Shown in pieces: positions 9,142 to 18,625 of a stretch of 64,000 bases of DNA. A model generated the notes under the pieces. That model saw only the letters and a list, made by a program, of their open reading frames with translations, searched no databases and had not been told where the DNA came from. A program made the position numbers and the translations under genes. The DNA is from an archaeon. Lineage in GTDB: Archaea; Nanobdellota; Nanobdellia; Pacearchaeales; GW2011-AR1. Position 1 is the first letter of the stretch; each line of letters opens with the position of its first letter. The stretch is taken from assembly GCA_018657525.1 (NCBI GenBank), contig JABHWZ010000009.1:2855-66854 (forward strand), read 5' to 3'.

Positions 9142-9288
9142 ATGAAAAAATATTTGCTTTTGGTTGAAAACGAAAAACTTTGGGAAAAGTTTAAATTAAG
9201 TATAAAAAAAGATATCAATAGTGAAATTTTAGATTTGATAAGAAAAAAAGTTGGAGATAATATTTCTCGGGGGCAAAAGAATGAATAA
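9142..9288 (+). CDS. Small ribbon-helix-helix-like protein (48 aa, absent from ORF track)
   Basis: MKKYLLLVENEKLWEKFKLSIKKDINSEILDLIRKKV: strand-helix-helix pattern; overlaps start of next gene. Confidence 0.55.
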   Translation: MKKYLLLVENEKLWEKFKLSIKKDINSEILDLIRKKVGDNISRGQKNE

Positions 9289-11146
9289 AAGGGCAATGAA
9301 TTCACGAGGACAAATTGCTATCTTTGTAATAATTGGAATTTTGATTGTGGGGGGAGCAATTGCTTATTTTGTTTTAAGAGATTCTGTAGCGGGAGTGCAA
9401 GTGCCTGCAAATTTAGAACCAGTTTATTCTAATTTTTTAAATTGTTTGGAAGAAGATGTACTTGTTGGAATTGATATTCTGGAATCTCAGGGAGGCTATA
9501 TTACAATTCCAGACTTTGAACCAGGTTCGAATTATATGCCCTTTTCATCTCAATTGAATTTTTTAGGGAATGCAATTCCTTACTGGTATTATCTTTCTGG
9601 AAACAATATCCAACGGGAACAAGTGCCTAAAAAATCAGAAATGGAGTCTGCTCTCGAAGATTATCTGGAAAATAAAATACAAAATTGTGTTTATGATAAT
9701 CATTATCAAGATGGGTTTGAAATTATTCAAGGCAGTCCTAATGCTGAAATTAAAATTGAAAGAGAAAAGGTTTTTGTTAGTTTAGATATGGATTTAAGTA
9801 TTTCTAGATCGGAAGATAGCATTGTTGTTTCAAAGCATGATATTGAAGTGAAGTCTCAGATGGGAAAACTTTATGAGTCTGCATTGAAAATTTATAAACA
9901 AGAACAAGAAACTTTGTTTTTAGAAAATTACGCAGTGGATACTTTGAGATTGTATGCCCCTGTCGACGGTGTTGAGTTAACTTGTGCCCCGAAAATTTGG
10001 AATGCTGAAGAAGTCTTTGATGATTTGAAAGATGCAATAGAAGTTAATACTTTATCTTTGAGAAATAAAAATAATGATTTTATTTTGAGTGATAGTGCCA
10101 ATAAATATTTTGTTTTGGATTTGGGAGTTGATGAAAGTGTAAGATTTATTACTTCAAAAAATTGGCCAAGTGCTTTTGAGGTGGCACCTTCAGAGGGACC
10201 TGTTTTGAGGGCAAATCCAGTGGGGAATCAACCTGGCATGGGGATTATTGGATTTTGTTATGTTAAACATCACTTTGTTTATGGAGTTAAATATCCTGTT
10301 TTGATTCAGGTCTATTCGGAAGATGCTACTGAAATTTTTCAGTTTCCGATGGCAGTTGTAATTCAGGGGAATATCCCAAGGGAACCACTTAATATTAATC
10401 TTGCTGATGAAATTCCAAAAGAGTTTTGTAAAGATAAAAATAGCTTGATGCAAGTAAGTCTTTATGATTCTAATTTGAATTCTGTCGAGGGGAAGGTTGC
10501 TTATTCTTGCCTTGGAGAGGTGTGTGATATTGGGGCGACTTCTAATGGAGTCTTGGAGGATTATTTCCCACAGTGTGTGAATGGTTTTTTAATTGTGGAA
10601 GCAGAAGGTTTTGCAGATTCACATACAATGGTTTCTAGCGTGGATAGTTCTAGTGTTGATGTGATCCTTGATCGATTGTATGAAAGAGAAGTTGAGTTAA
10701 AACTTGATTCAAAAGTTTATGCCGAGCAAGCAATTGTTAGTTTTGTTTCAGATAAAGTTTCTGCTACAATTATTTATCCAGAACAGAAAAGCGTAGAACT
10801 TGTCGAGGGGCAGTATAATATTAGTGTTTCTGTATATCGAGAATCAGAGTTGAAAATTTCGGCAACAACTTCTCAACAGTGTTATGAGGTGCCTCGTTCG
10901 GGGTTGGGTGGATTGGTTGGTTTGACAGAGGAAGAATGTGTTGATTTGGAAATCCCGGAACAGATTTTATCAAATGCTTTGGCTGGAGGAGGTGTGCAGG
11001 CACATTATATTTTAGAAGGAGATTTACAAGCAAATGAAATAATTGAAATTAATGCAAAAAGTTTACCAACACCGAAGAGTCTGGAGGAATTGCAAGATAA
11101 TTATATTTTGTATGAAGAACAAAACTTGAGGATAAATTTTAAATGA
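9281..11146 (+). CDS. Large membrane-anchored/secreted protein with class III (pilin-like) signal peptide
   Basis: NSRGQ followed by IAIFVIIGILIVGG; scattered Cys; beta-rich C-terminus. Confidence 0.75.
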   Translation: MNKRAMNSRGQIAIFVIIGILIVGGAIAYFVLRDSVAGVQVPANLEPVYSNFLNCLEEDVLVGIDILESQGGYITIPDFEPGSNYMPFSSQLNFLGNAIPYWYYLSGNNIQREQVPKKSEMESALEDYLENKIQNCVYDNHYQDGFEIIQGSPNAEIKIEREKVFVSLDMDLSISRSEDSIVVSKHDIEVKSQMGKLYESALKIYKQEQETLFLENYAVDTLRLYAPVDGVELTCAPKIWNAEEVFDDLKDAIEVNTLSLRNKNNDFILSDSANKYFVLDLGVDESVRFITSKNWPSAFEVAPSEGPVLRANPVGNQPGMGIIGFCYVKHHFVYGVKYPVLIQVYSEDATEIFQFPMAVVIQGNIPREPLNINLADEIPKEFCKDKNSLMQVSLYDSNLNSVEGKVAYSCLGEVCDIGATSNGVLEDYFPQCVNGFLIVEAEGFADSHTMVSSVDSSSVDVILDRLYEREVELKLDSKVYAEQAIVSFVSDKVSATIIYPEQKSVELVEGQYNISVSVYRESELKISATTSQQCYEVPRSGLGGLVGLTEEECVDLEIPEQILSNALAGGGVQAHYILEGDLQANEIIEINAKSLPTPKSLEELQDNYILYEEQNLRINFK

Positions 11147-11180
11147 TAAATAAAATTCAATTAAATAAAAGGAGTAAAAA

Positions 11181-11282
11181 ATGAAAAAACAAACAAAAAA
11201 AGTGTTGGATTCTGTGTTGTGGATATTGGGAATTCTTGCAATACTAATGCTGTTGTATGGAATCTTTAAGACATTTATATAA
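11181..11282 (+). CDS. Small single-TM peptide (33 aa)
   Basis: GGAG SD; MKKQTKKVLDSVLWILGILAILMLLYGIFKTFI. Confidence 0.55.
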   Translation: MKKQTKKVLDSVLWILGILAILMLLYGIFKTFI

Positions 11283-11283
11283 A

Positions 11284-11454
11284 ATGGATAATGAAGTATT
11301 GAACTGGATTGGAAATGCGCTAAATTTTTTAATTTTAGTTTATCTTATCCGTACGAATATTATTTTGGGTAGTTTTAATTTCGAGCAAAGCTTAATTGCT
11401 ACTTTTGGATTGTTTGTTGCAGTTTTGATTCAACTTTATAATATAAAAAAATGA
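11284..11454 (+). CDS. Small two-TM membrane protein
   Basis: Two hydrophobic segments; ATGA overlap with the giant gene. Confidence 0.55.
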   Translation: MDNEVLNWIGNALNFLILVYLIRTNIILGSFNFEQSLIATFGLFVAVLIQLYNIKK

Positions 11455-14400
11455 TAAATAAAAGAATTTTGTTGGTTGGAATGTTTTTGATATTTGGGAT
11501 ATTTTTATTTGGCGGGGTTAATGCAGCTTATTCAAGTGCGACTCCACAAATTAGTTCTTTTGGGGGAGGGTCTTCTTCATATTTGGCAAAACAAGGAATT
11601 AATTTATTCCCGACAGGGATTGGTGAAAATGGTCAGTGTGGTGCGGGGCAGGATTTTGTTTTACAGATTCATCCGTTAGGATGTAGCCCGAGTTTGGTGA
11701 CTTCTGATTTATTGGAGGAACAGAATGTTCCTGTTTTTTGTCCGATTGTTGCAACGCAAATAAATCCTTTAATTAAAATTAATGCAATTGATTCTATGAT
11801 TTTTTCTGGAACTTATCCTCCAGAGATTTCTGGAATTGGTTTTCATCCGGCTAATGCGGCTGTGTCTGGGCCGGGCAATGATTTGTTGAATTATCCTGTT
11901 TTAGAAAATGTCGGTTATGCAGTAATTGTTTTGAATAGAAATGAGAATGAATCTTCGATGCCGGATTATGTAGAAGGGAATTTGACTGCTAAGATTAGAT
12001 ATGATATTGAAAACGCATTTGGCTTTGGGGATTTTAGAACTTCTATTCCGATAATGAGTGATGTTGAATGGGATGCAAGATATAATGAATTTAATTTTTG
12101 GCAAGGGAAAGGGTTTGTGCGAGTTATGGATATTGATGGGGAAAAGGCAAGTGTTGCGGTGTATGAAGATAAAGATAGAAGGATAGCTAATTTTGATTTA
12201 AAGGTCGGAGAGAGTTCTAGGAAGATTTATCTTGGAGGAAGCTACTGCCTCGCTGGTCTGCAGGTAAAGTTGGAAAATTTGGAGAATCCAGATACAAAGG
12301 TTCGGTTAAAGGTGGATGAAGATTATTTTGAGGTGGGAGTGGGTGAGAAGTTTTTAGAGAATCGATGTACTGTTAATAATATTCAGAAAACAGGTTTATC
12401 AAAGTCAACACAAATTACTTGTAAAGATGACGATAGTTCAAGAAAAGTTTTAAATTTTGAGATTAATCCACAGATAAGTTTGAAGGTTGGAGATAAAGAG
12501 AAGAATTATGTTTTAGGAGATAATTTTAAAATTGGAGAACAAACTTATTATATAACTTATTTGGATTTGGCTGGAAAGTCTACAAATGAAAATTTAATTG
12601 TTTGGATTGCTAGTTTAGATGAGGCTGATACTAAAAAATATGTTAATAATGGAAAATTGAATTCAAGAGGAATTGATGTTTTTTATGAGAATGTTATTTC
12701 AAAACAGGAGGAAGATTTTACTAAGGGGAAAGTGTCAAATAAGAATGTTTGGAAATTAGTTTATGGAAGTAATAATTATGCTAATGTTAATGTCGATGTT
12801 AAAGGATTTGCTAAGTTAGGGGGAACAGGAGAGGAAGGAGTAAATAATGCATGTTCTGATGCTCAAGATTGGTGTCCTCATTTTTTGAATGCTGTTAATC
12901 TTTATAGTGAGGAGTCTGTAAATATTATTAAAGAGGGAAAGGAAGTTAAATATTCTGAACCCGGACTTTTATTTTATAAAAATATTGGGCAGGTTGATAA
13001 ATATAGCTCTCAAATTTCTGGGTTAGAAACTTATACTGAGAAAGGAATTAAAGAGGGGATTGAGTTAGCGATGAAAGTGGAGGATTATGCGAGGAGAGAT
13101 AATTTGATTAGAATTCTTTTAGATAATTTTAATACTAAGGCTAATCAGTTGTATGTTGAAAATAAAATTAATAATTATTATTTGAGTAATTCTGCTGGGC
13201 TTCGAGTAAGCGAGAGTATTTATATTTCGGGCCAGCATAGGGATATAGAATTTGTAGATATTTATCAACCGGGTTTTGAAGATTATGGTGTGGAATTGCA
13301 AATTAGTGGAACCGGAGATAAGATTCGTTTGAGTAAGAATTCTCCGAGTTATTTGTTTAAAGGAAAGATTATTGAATTAGTCGAGTTAAAGGAAAATGAA
13401 GTTAAGCTTAGCACCAATATTGAATCTACTGAACAGAATTCAAGAAATATAATTATTTTGAAACAAGGTGAGGTGAAATCTTTTGTTTTAGAAGAAGGTG
13501 AGATAGAAAATAAATATTCCCTTAAAATAAATAAAATTAATTTAAACAAAGTTGCGAAGGTTAGTGTTTTAGCGAATATTGATAGGACTGGAACTGATGC
13601 AAATATAAGTTTTAAAATTGGAATTGAAAAGCGGGCGATTGATTTGAGTCCGGAGAGAATTGAAAAAATGATTGATAGTTTAAATGAGAGTTTAGTTAAA
13701 TGGGAAGAGAGGTCAGAAAAATTAGGAAACGTCGTCGATGGTTTACAAAAAGCGTGTATTGTAACTGCAGGAGTTTTGACGGTTAAGAATTTATTTTTGC
13801 AGGCAGGAGGGCAGGTAAAAGCAAGAAAGCAAACTATGGAAGATATTAGAGTCTTTTGTAAAAAGACTGATAAATATAAGGGAGATATTCAAGATTGTAT
13901 AAATCAGAAAGGAGAATTGATTGATCAATTACAGAAGACAAACGAAAAGATTGTAAAAGAGCAGGATGCTCGAAGTAAAGAGATAAAGGAAAATTTAGAG
14001 AAAAAGAAATTAGAAGAAGGGCAGAATTATGACACTGAATTTAAGAAAGAATATATTGAAGTAAAAGGATATCAAAAGGAATTGGATGGGCAGTTTGTTT
14101 CAATTGATGAAATGATGGAATATGATTCTTGTAAACAGAGGTTGGTGAAAGATTCTTATTCTACGGGGGTTCTGAAAGAAAAATGTGAGGATGTTGTGAA
14201 GAAGTATGAAACGCAGGTGAGCGAAGCCAAGGCCGTAGAGAATGCAAGATTAGAACGAGAGGGAGAGATTGGGCTAGTAGTTAGCGGAGTTCCAAGTGTT
14301 TTGGCCTTTGCTCCTAAAAATGCTCATTCAGGGATTTGGTCTGGTCAAACTACTGAGGGGAGCAAGATTTCTAATGAATTTTCAGGGGAAAAAAATGTTC

Positions 14401-17400
14401 AGTTTGTTACTCTTTCTGGGGAAGATTATGTTTTAGTTTTAGCAGATAATCCGGATGCAAAAGGAAGGTATTCAGTTACTGATGCTTATAAGTATCAGGG
14501 ACTTAGTGGAGGTTCATTTAAGGGATGGGAAAAAAGTGACACTTTGAAATCTAAATTTATTTTTACAAAAGCAGGTCAGTATAAAACTCCAATTAATAAT
14601 CCTCAAGTGAGATATTTTGGTGCGGCGCCTGATAAAGATTTTCCTGCGATTGTTCCTTTTCCTTATCCTTCTCGGGAGAATAATGGTTATTATGTTGGGG
14701 TAAGGCATAAAACTGTGACTGGGCAATATGCTAAGTCTGGAGAGGCAAAGAGTTATTATGTTTGTAATGCAATGGATGGGGAAATTGATTTTAATCCAGA
14801 GAATCAACAGTTTATGGGGGGAGATAAGTGTATTGGAGTGAATCTTGTTGGAACTAATTTAGTGACTTCGCAAAAGGCGTTTGGTTTATCTGAAGCACAG
14901 ACGAAAGATGTAGTTAGTGCGGCATCGAGGGCAATTAATGAGGCGCAGAGAAAAGTTGGTTCTTCAGCTAAAGGGAGTATTTTGGGGATGGATGTGAATT
15001 TTGGCGACGCTGTATTTAGTACTCCACAAATGCAATGTCAGGATTTTATGTCTCCAACTGATTGTGCTTGGTTATTTAATTTATGTGACCCAGTAATTTG
15101 TCCTGCTTCAAGATGTGATTTTGGAGGTGCAATGCCTGTGGCTGACCCTATTCAGTCTGGGATAATTGGAAGTTTGATTTTATGCTTGCCAAATTTTAAA
15201 ATTGATCCAATGAAAGGTGTTTTGATGCCTGTTTGTTTGACTGGTTTGAAAGCAGGGATGGATGGTTATATTTCAGTTGTTAAGAGTCACAGAGATTGTT
15301 TGATTGAGAAAAAAGAGACTGGGAAAACTGTTGGAATTTGTGATGAGGTTTATAGTTATAATTTGTGTCAGTTATTTTGGCAACAGGTTGCTCCGTTAAA
15401 GGATTTGTTAATTCCTAAGCTTTTGCAATTGTTAACTGGAGGAGGTTTGGGAAGAGGGGGAGGAGAGTATACTAATGCTGCTGCTGCTTGGCAGAATGCG
15501 AGAGATTCTTTGAGTTTTTTTACTCAAAATTATGCTACTACTGCTTATCAAACTTTTAAAGTTCAAGCGGTTGATGAATTACAAAATGAAGTTTGTAAAA
15601 ATTCTATTTCGTCAGTTATCCCTGAGATAGGAGTTTTGAATTCTATGGTTGAGCCGAGTTCGCCGCCTCAATTCCACGCTAAATTTGATGAGGTTTTGTT
15701 TACAGATGCTACTGTGCCACCAATTTCAAAATATAAGGTGTTCTACCATGTATTTGCTGGAAAGAGCTCTGGAGTAAGTTATCAGGTCTATTTGAAGGCA
15801 TCTAGCGAGGGGATTTCACTTTACAAGATTAATCCAACTTATGTTGTGAATAGTGGGTTTATTCCTTTGGGAGAGAGTGCGACTGAGACAAAAGATTTTA
15901 CTGCGCCGACAGGATATGTTGAATTGTGTGTTCGGGTTAATAACCAAGAAGAGTGCGGATTTAAACAGGTGACGACTTCGTTGGCTTTGGATTATCTTAA
16001 TGATCAATTTGTGCAAAATGAAGTAGAGAATACTGAGATTAAAACAGAGGTAGAGTGTATTTCAGGAGGGAATAATATTTACAGCTTTGTGAGTCCGAAT
16101 TTGCAAGGGGGGGCAACTGAATTTGCTAATCCAGATATTTCTCAGCGAGGGATAACCCGTGTTTGTTCAAGTGGAGTTCCGGATGGATTGGTGGAAGAAA
16201 TGAGCAAGTGGGTGAGAGTGGGATATTGTGATGATACAAATTTGGGATGTTGGATTGATAAAGACAGCGTCGAGAATGCAATTACTTTTGCTGGGGCAGA
16301 AGAAGAAACACTTTCAAAATTAAGTTCTGAAACCTTAAATAGATTAGCGGGAGGAAGTATGAATATTGAGGCATATAATAATAATGTGGAGAAAGTTAAA
16401 TTAAATATTGCAGAGATTGAGAAAAGTGGTGATAGAACAAAGGAAACACAAACTGTTAGATTAATTGAACAAACAGCTTTGGTTTCAACTTATTTTACTC
16501 AAGTTCCATTTGATTGGCAGAAGGCAGAGCTGACTTATTTGAAGGCGAGGATTTATGATGTTTTGACAAGGTTAGTTTATAATAAAGAGAGTGGGGAGAG
16601 TCAGGGGGTTGCTCCTTTAACTGATAAAGAGAAAGAATTGATTAATGCTGCAAAAGAGGACAATATTGATAAGGTTCGTTCATTAATTGAGGATGGAGCA
16701 AATGTTAATGCTAAAGATAATGAGGGATTTACTGCATTATTCTATGCTTTAGAACTGAATTATTTTGATATTGTTAATTCATTAATTGATAATGGAGCAG
16801 ATGTTAATACTAATGGGAAAGGGGGAGTGACCCCATTAATCTACGCCTCTTTTTATGGCTATGAAGATTTTGTTAATTCATTAATTGAAAAAGGAGTAGA
16901 TAATTTCAATGCTCAGACTGATGTAGGGATGACTGCCCTAATTCATGCATCACGACAGGGTTATGAGAATATTGCGCAATTATTGATTGAAAAAGGGGCA
17001 GATGTTAATGTTAAAGATGATAAGGGAAATACTGCTTTAATGTATGCTAAGGATGGAGGTTATGAGAATATTGTGCAATTATTGATTGATAATGGGGCAG
17101 AGAGCTCTACTGAAGGTGAAGGGGATCTAGTTGAAGTGACTAGTCCAAAATTGGATAAGGAGAAGACAGGGTTTTATGATGGAGATATTAAAATTCGTTC
17201 AGTAGATTATGGAAAAACAGTAATTTTTAAAATCGTTACTTCTGGGTCTAATTGTGATAAAATTTCATATGACTTTTACAAAAGAGGAATTTTATCAAAT
17301 AATAAATTAAAGCCTTTGAATGAACAATCCTTTTCTTTTAAGAATCTTGTTGTTGGAAATTATTATGTTGATAATATTGTTTGTAAGGTTGGGGGCAAAA

Positions 17401-17447
17401 TCAGGGAAGATTTTGATCCTAAGATATTTGATTTAACTGTGAAATGA
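11451..17447 (+). CDS. Giant secreted protein (1998 aa) with Cys-rich core and C-terminal ankyrin repeats
   Basis: N-terminal signal peptide; Cys-rich blocks; about 4-5 ankyrin repeats (GANVNAKDNEGFTAL, GADVNVKDDKGNTALMYA) at about 16635-17100. Confidence 0.85.
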   Translation: MINKRILLVGMFLIFGIFLFGGVNAAYSSATPQISSFGGGSSSYLAKQGINLFPTGIGENGQCGAGQDFVLQIHPLGCSPSLVTSDLLEEQNVPVFCPIVATQINPLIKINAIDSMIFSGTYPPEISGIGFHPANAAVSGPGNDLLNYPVLENVGYAVIVLNRNENESSMPDYVEGNLTAKIRYDIENAFGFGDFRTSIPIMSDVEWDARYNEFNFWQGKGFVRVMDIDGEKASVAVYEDKDRRIANFDLKVGESSRKIYLGGSYCLAGLQVKLENLENPDTKVRLKVDEDYFEVGVGEKFLENRCTVNNIQKTGLSKSTQITCKDDDSSRKVLNFEINPQISLKVGDKEKNYVLGDNFKIGEQTYYITYLDLAGKSTNENLIVWIASLDEADTKKYVNNGKLNSRGIDVFYENVISKQEEDFTKGKVSNKNVWKLVYGSNNYANVNVDVKGFAKLGGTGEEGVNNACSDAQDWCPHFLNAVNLYSEESVNIIKEGKEVKYSEPGLLFYKNIGQVDKYSSQISGLETYTEKGIKEGIELAMKVEDYARRDNLIRILLDNFNTKANQLYVENKINNYYLSNSAGLRVSESIYISGQHRDIEFVDIYQPGFEDYGVELQISGTGDKIRLSKNSPSYLFKGKIIELVELKENEVKLSTNIESTEQNSRNIIILKQGEVKSFVLEEGEIENKYSLKINKINLNKVAKVSVLANIDRTGTDANISFKIGIEKRAIDLSPERIEKMIDSLNESLVKWEERSEKLGNVVDGLQKACIVTAGVLTVKNLFLQAGGQVKARKQTMEDIRVFCKKTDKYKGDIQDCINQKGELIDQLQKTNEKIVKEQDARSKEIKENLEKKKLEEGQNYDTEFKKEYIEVKGYQKELDGQFVSIDEMMEYDSCKQRLVKDSYSTGVLKEKCEDVVKKYETQVSEAKAVENARLEREGEIGLVVSGVPSVLAFAPKNAHSGIWSGQTTEGSKISNEFSGEKNVQFVTLSGEDYVLVLADNPDAKGRYSVTDAYKYQGLSGGSFKGWEKSDTLKSKFIFTKAGQYKTPINNPQVRYFGAAPDKDFPAIVPFPYPSRENNGYYVGVRHKTVTGQYAKSGEAKSYYVCNAMDGEIDFNPENQQFMGGDKCIGVNLVGTNLVTSQKAFGLSEAQTKDVVSAASRAINEAQRKVGSSAKGSILGMDVNFGDAVFSTPQMQCQDFMSPTDCAWLFNLCDPVICPASRCDFGGAMPVADPIQSGIIGSLILCLPNFKIDPMKGVLMPVCLTGLKAGMDGYISVVKSHRDCLIEKKETGKTVGICDEVYSYNLCQLFWQQVAPLKDLLIPKLLQLLTGGGLGRGGGEYTNAAAAWQNARDSLSFFTQNYATTAYQTFKVQAVDELQNEVCKNSISSVIPEIGVLNSMVEPSSPPQFHAKFDEVLFTDATVPPISKYKVFYHVFAGKSSGVSYQVYLKASSEGISLYKINPTYVVNSGFIPLGESATETKDFTAPTGYVELCVRVNNQEECGFKQVTTSLALDYLNDQFVQNEVENTEIKTEVECISGGNNIYSFVSPNLQGGATEFANPDISQRGITRVCSSGVPDGLVEEMSKWVRVGYCDDTNLGCWIDKDSVENAITFAGAEEETLSKLSSETLNRLAGGSMNIEAYNNNVEKVKLNIAEIEKSGDRTKETQTVRLIEQTALVSTYFTQVPFDWQKAELTYLKARIYDVLTRLVYNKESGESQGVAPLTDKEKELINAAKEDNIDKVRSLIEDGANVNAKDNEGFTALFYALELNYFDIVNSLIDNGADVNTNGKGGVTPLIYASFYGYEDFVNSLIEKGVDNFNAQTDVGMTALIHASRQGYENIAQLLIEKGADVNVKDDKGNTALMYAKDGGYENIVQLLIDNGAESSTEGEGDLVEVTSPKLDKEKTGFYDGDIKIRSVDYGKTVIFKIVTSGSNCDKISYDFYKRGILSNNKLKPLNEQSFSFKNLVVGNYYVDNIVCKVGGKIREDFDPKIFDLTVK

Positions 17448-17707
17448 TTTATTTTGTTTTGTTAATGTTCAGAGTTTTTTGAGGAAATATTTCGTTTTTT
17501 TATTTGTGGCTCTAAAAAAAATAAGATAAATATAAAAAGGTCTTTTTCTTGAAATAATTTATGGCTATAGCTAATAGAATTTTGCTGAATAGAATTCTTT
17601 TAGTCGTGGCCTTAATTAAATAGTCTAAAAGCTGTTCGATTTCTGCTTTTGGATGATTTTTTATTCTAAACAGATTTCTATGCTTAAGACTGCAACAGGA
17701 GGTTAAA

Positions 17708-17971
17708 ATGGATTATAAAACAGAAGAATGGTCTGACTATGAGGCAGATTGGTGGGGATTTGAAAAAGAATCATCTTTGTCAGTTGGAAAACAATCCTCT
17801 CAAGAACCTTTTGCTAACCCAAAAGATTCTGCTGACAAATATTTGGTTATTTTAGAAACAGCACTAGGTATTTCTCTAGAGAATAGACAAATTATACAAA
17901 TGATAATGGACAATCCCAAGATGAGTTTTGATATGAAAAATGTTAAGATTCATAGAAGGATTTTTGGGTAA
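17708..17971 (+). CDS. Hypothetical protein
   Basis: GGAGGT SD; 87-aa ORF. Confidence 0.6.
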   Translation: MDYKTEEWSDYEADWWGFEKESSLSVGKQSSQEPFANPKDSADKYLVILETALGISLENRQIIQMIMDNPKMSFDMKNVKIHRRIFG

Positions 17972-18019
17972 GGTTTATAATTTTAAATTATGGGGCGAAA
18001 GCCCCTTTTTCTTTTTTTT

Positions 18020-18442
18020 AAAAGTTTTTTAAGCTGAGTTATACTACTTTTTTCATGCGGGTATGCCTCCGAGCTTGCAATCTCAATTTGTAATATTTAG
18101 ATACTTTTTTGGTTGTTCTATTTTAGAATTCAAAATCCTCCTTCCATCCCCCTCCCTCCCGCCCGGAGGAAAAGTAATTATTGAATTCTAAAATTATTAA
18201 TTGGTTTAAATAAAGTCAAACTTGTTCTCCCACCCCTCAATTCAAAAGTTTTTTAAGCTGAGTTATACTACTTTTTTCATGCGGGTATGCCTCCGAGCTC
18301 CCAACCCTGATTTTTTCCCATTACCCCTTTTTTATTTGAATAAACCCAAAATCAAAGTTGCTCGGGTCAAACTTGTTCTCCCACCCCTCAATTCAAAAGT
18401 TTTTTAAGCTGAGTTATACTACTTTTTTCATGCGGGTATGCC
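18020..18442 (+). repeat. Triplicated tRNA-Leu promoter plus 5' end with hairpin inserts
   Basis: 48-bp exact repeat ending GCGGGTATGCC at 18020-18067, 18244-18291, 18395-18442. Confidence 0.92.
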
Positions 18443-18514
18443 GGAGTGGTCAAACGGGTCAGGTTTAGGACCTGATAGCTTATGCTTACTTAGGTTCGAA
18501 TCCTAATACCCGCA
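18432..18514 (+). tRNA. tRNA-Leu(TAG)
   Basis: GCGGGTA/TACCCGC acceptor; TCAGG-TTTAGGA-CCTGA anticodon arm; long variable arm; GGTTCGAATCC. Confidence 0.95.
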
Positions 18515-18520
18515 TTTATT

Positions 18521-18619
18521 GAGATTCGAAGCCTCGGGTTTCGTTGAAGAATTGTGAAGCAATTGCTTTGGCGAGCGAGGATTTACATCCGACGCCGAAT
18601 CCTAATATCCGCATTTATT
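18521..18619 (+). repeat. Family A insert plus duplicated tRNA-Leu 3' end
   Basis: 18497-18520 repeated at 18596-18619 (1 mismatch); insert shares TTCGAAGCCTYGGGTTTCGTT..CGAGCGAGGATTTACATCCGACGC with the Arg and Cys loci. Confidence 0.92.
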
Positions 18620-18625
18620 TTTTAT

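Noticed and set aside
16635..17100. Diversity-generating retroelement TR/VR pair
   Set aside because: The repeats are in-frame ankyrin units, mismatches are not adenine-specific, and no reverse transcriptase is in the window
18222..18407. ORF-track ORFs in repeats (also 22612-22938, 45351-45560, 61646-61879, 6627-6878)
   Set aside because: They are translations of non-coding repeat or tRNA DNA; their peptide similarity follows from the DNA repeats
18020..18442. Possible CRISPR array or split tRNA halves
   Set aside because: Irregular 100-180 bp spacers; an intact tRNA-Leu is present; the fragments are too short and lack obvious complementary trans-splicing leaders
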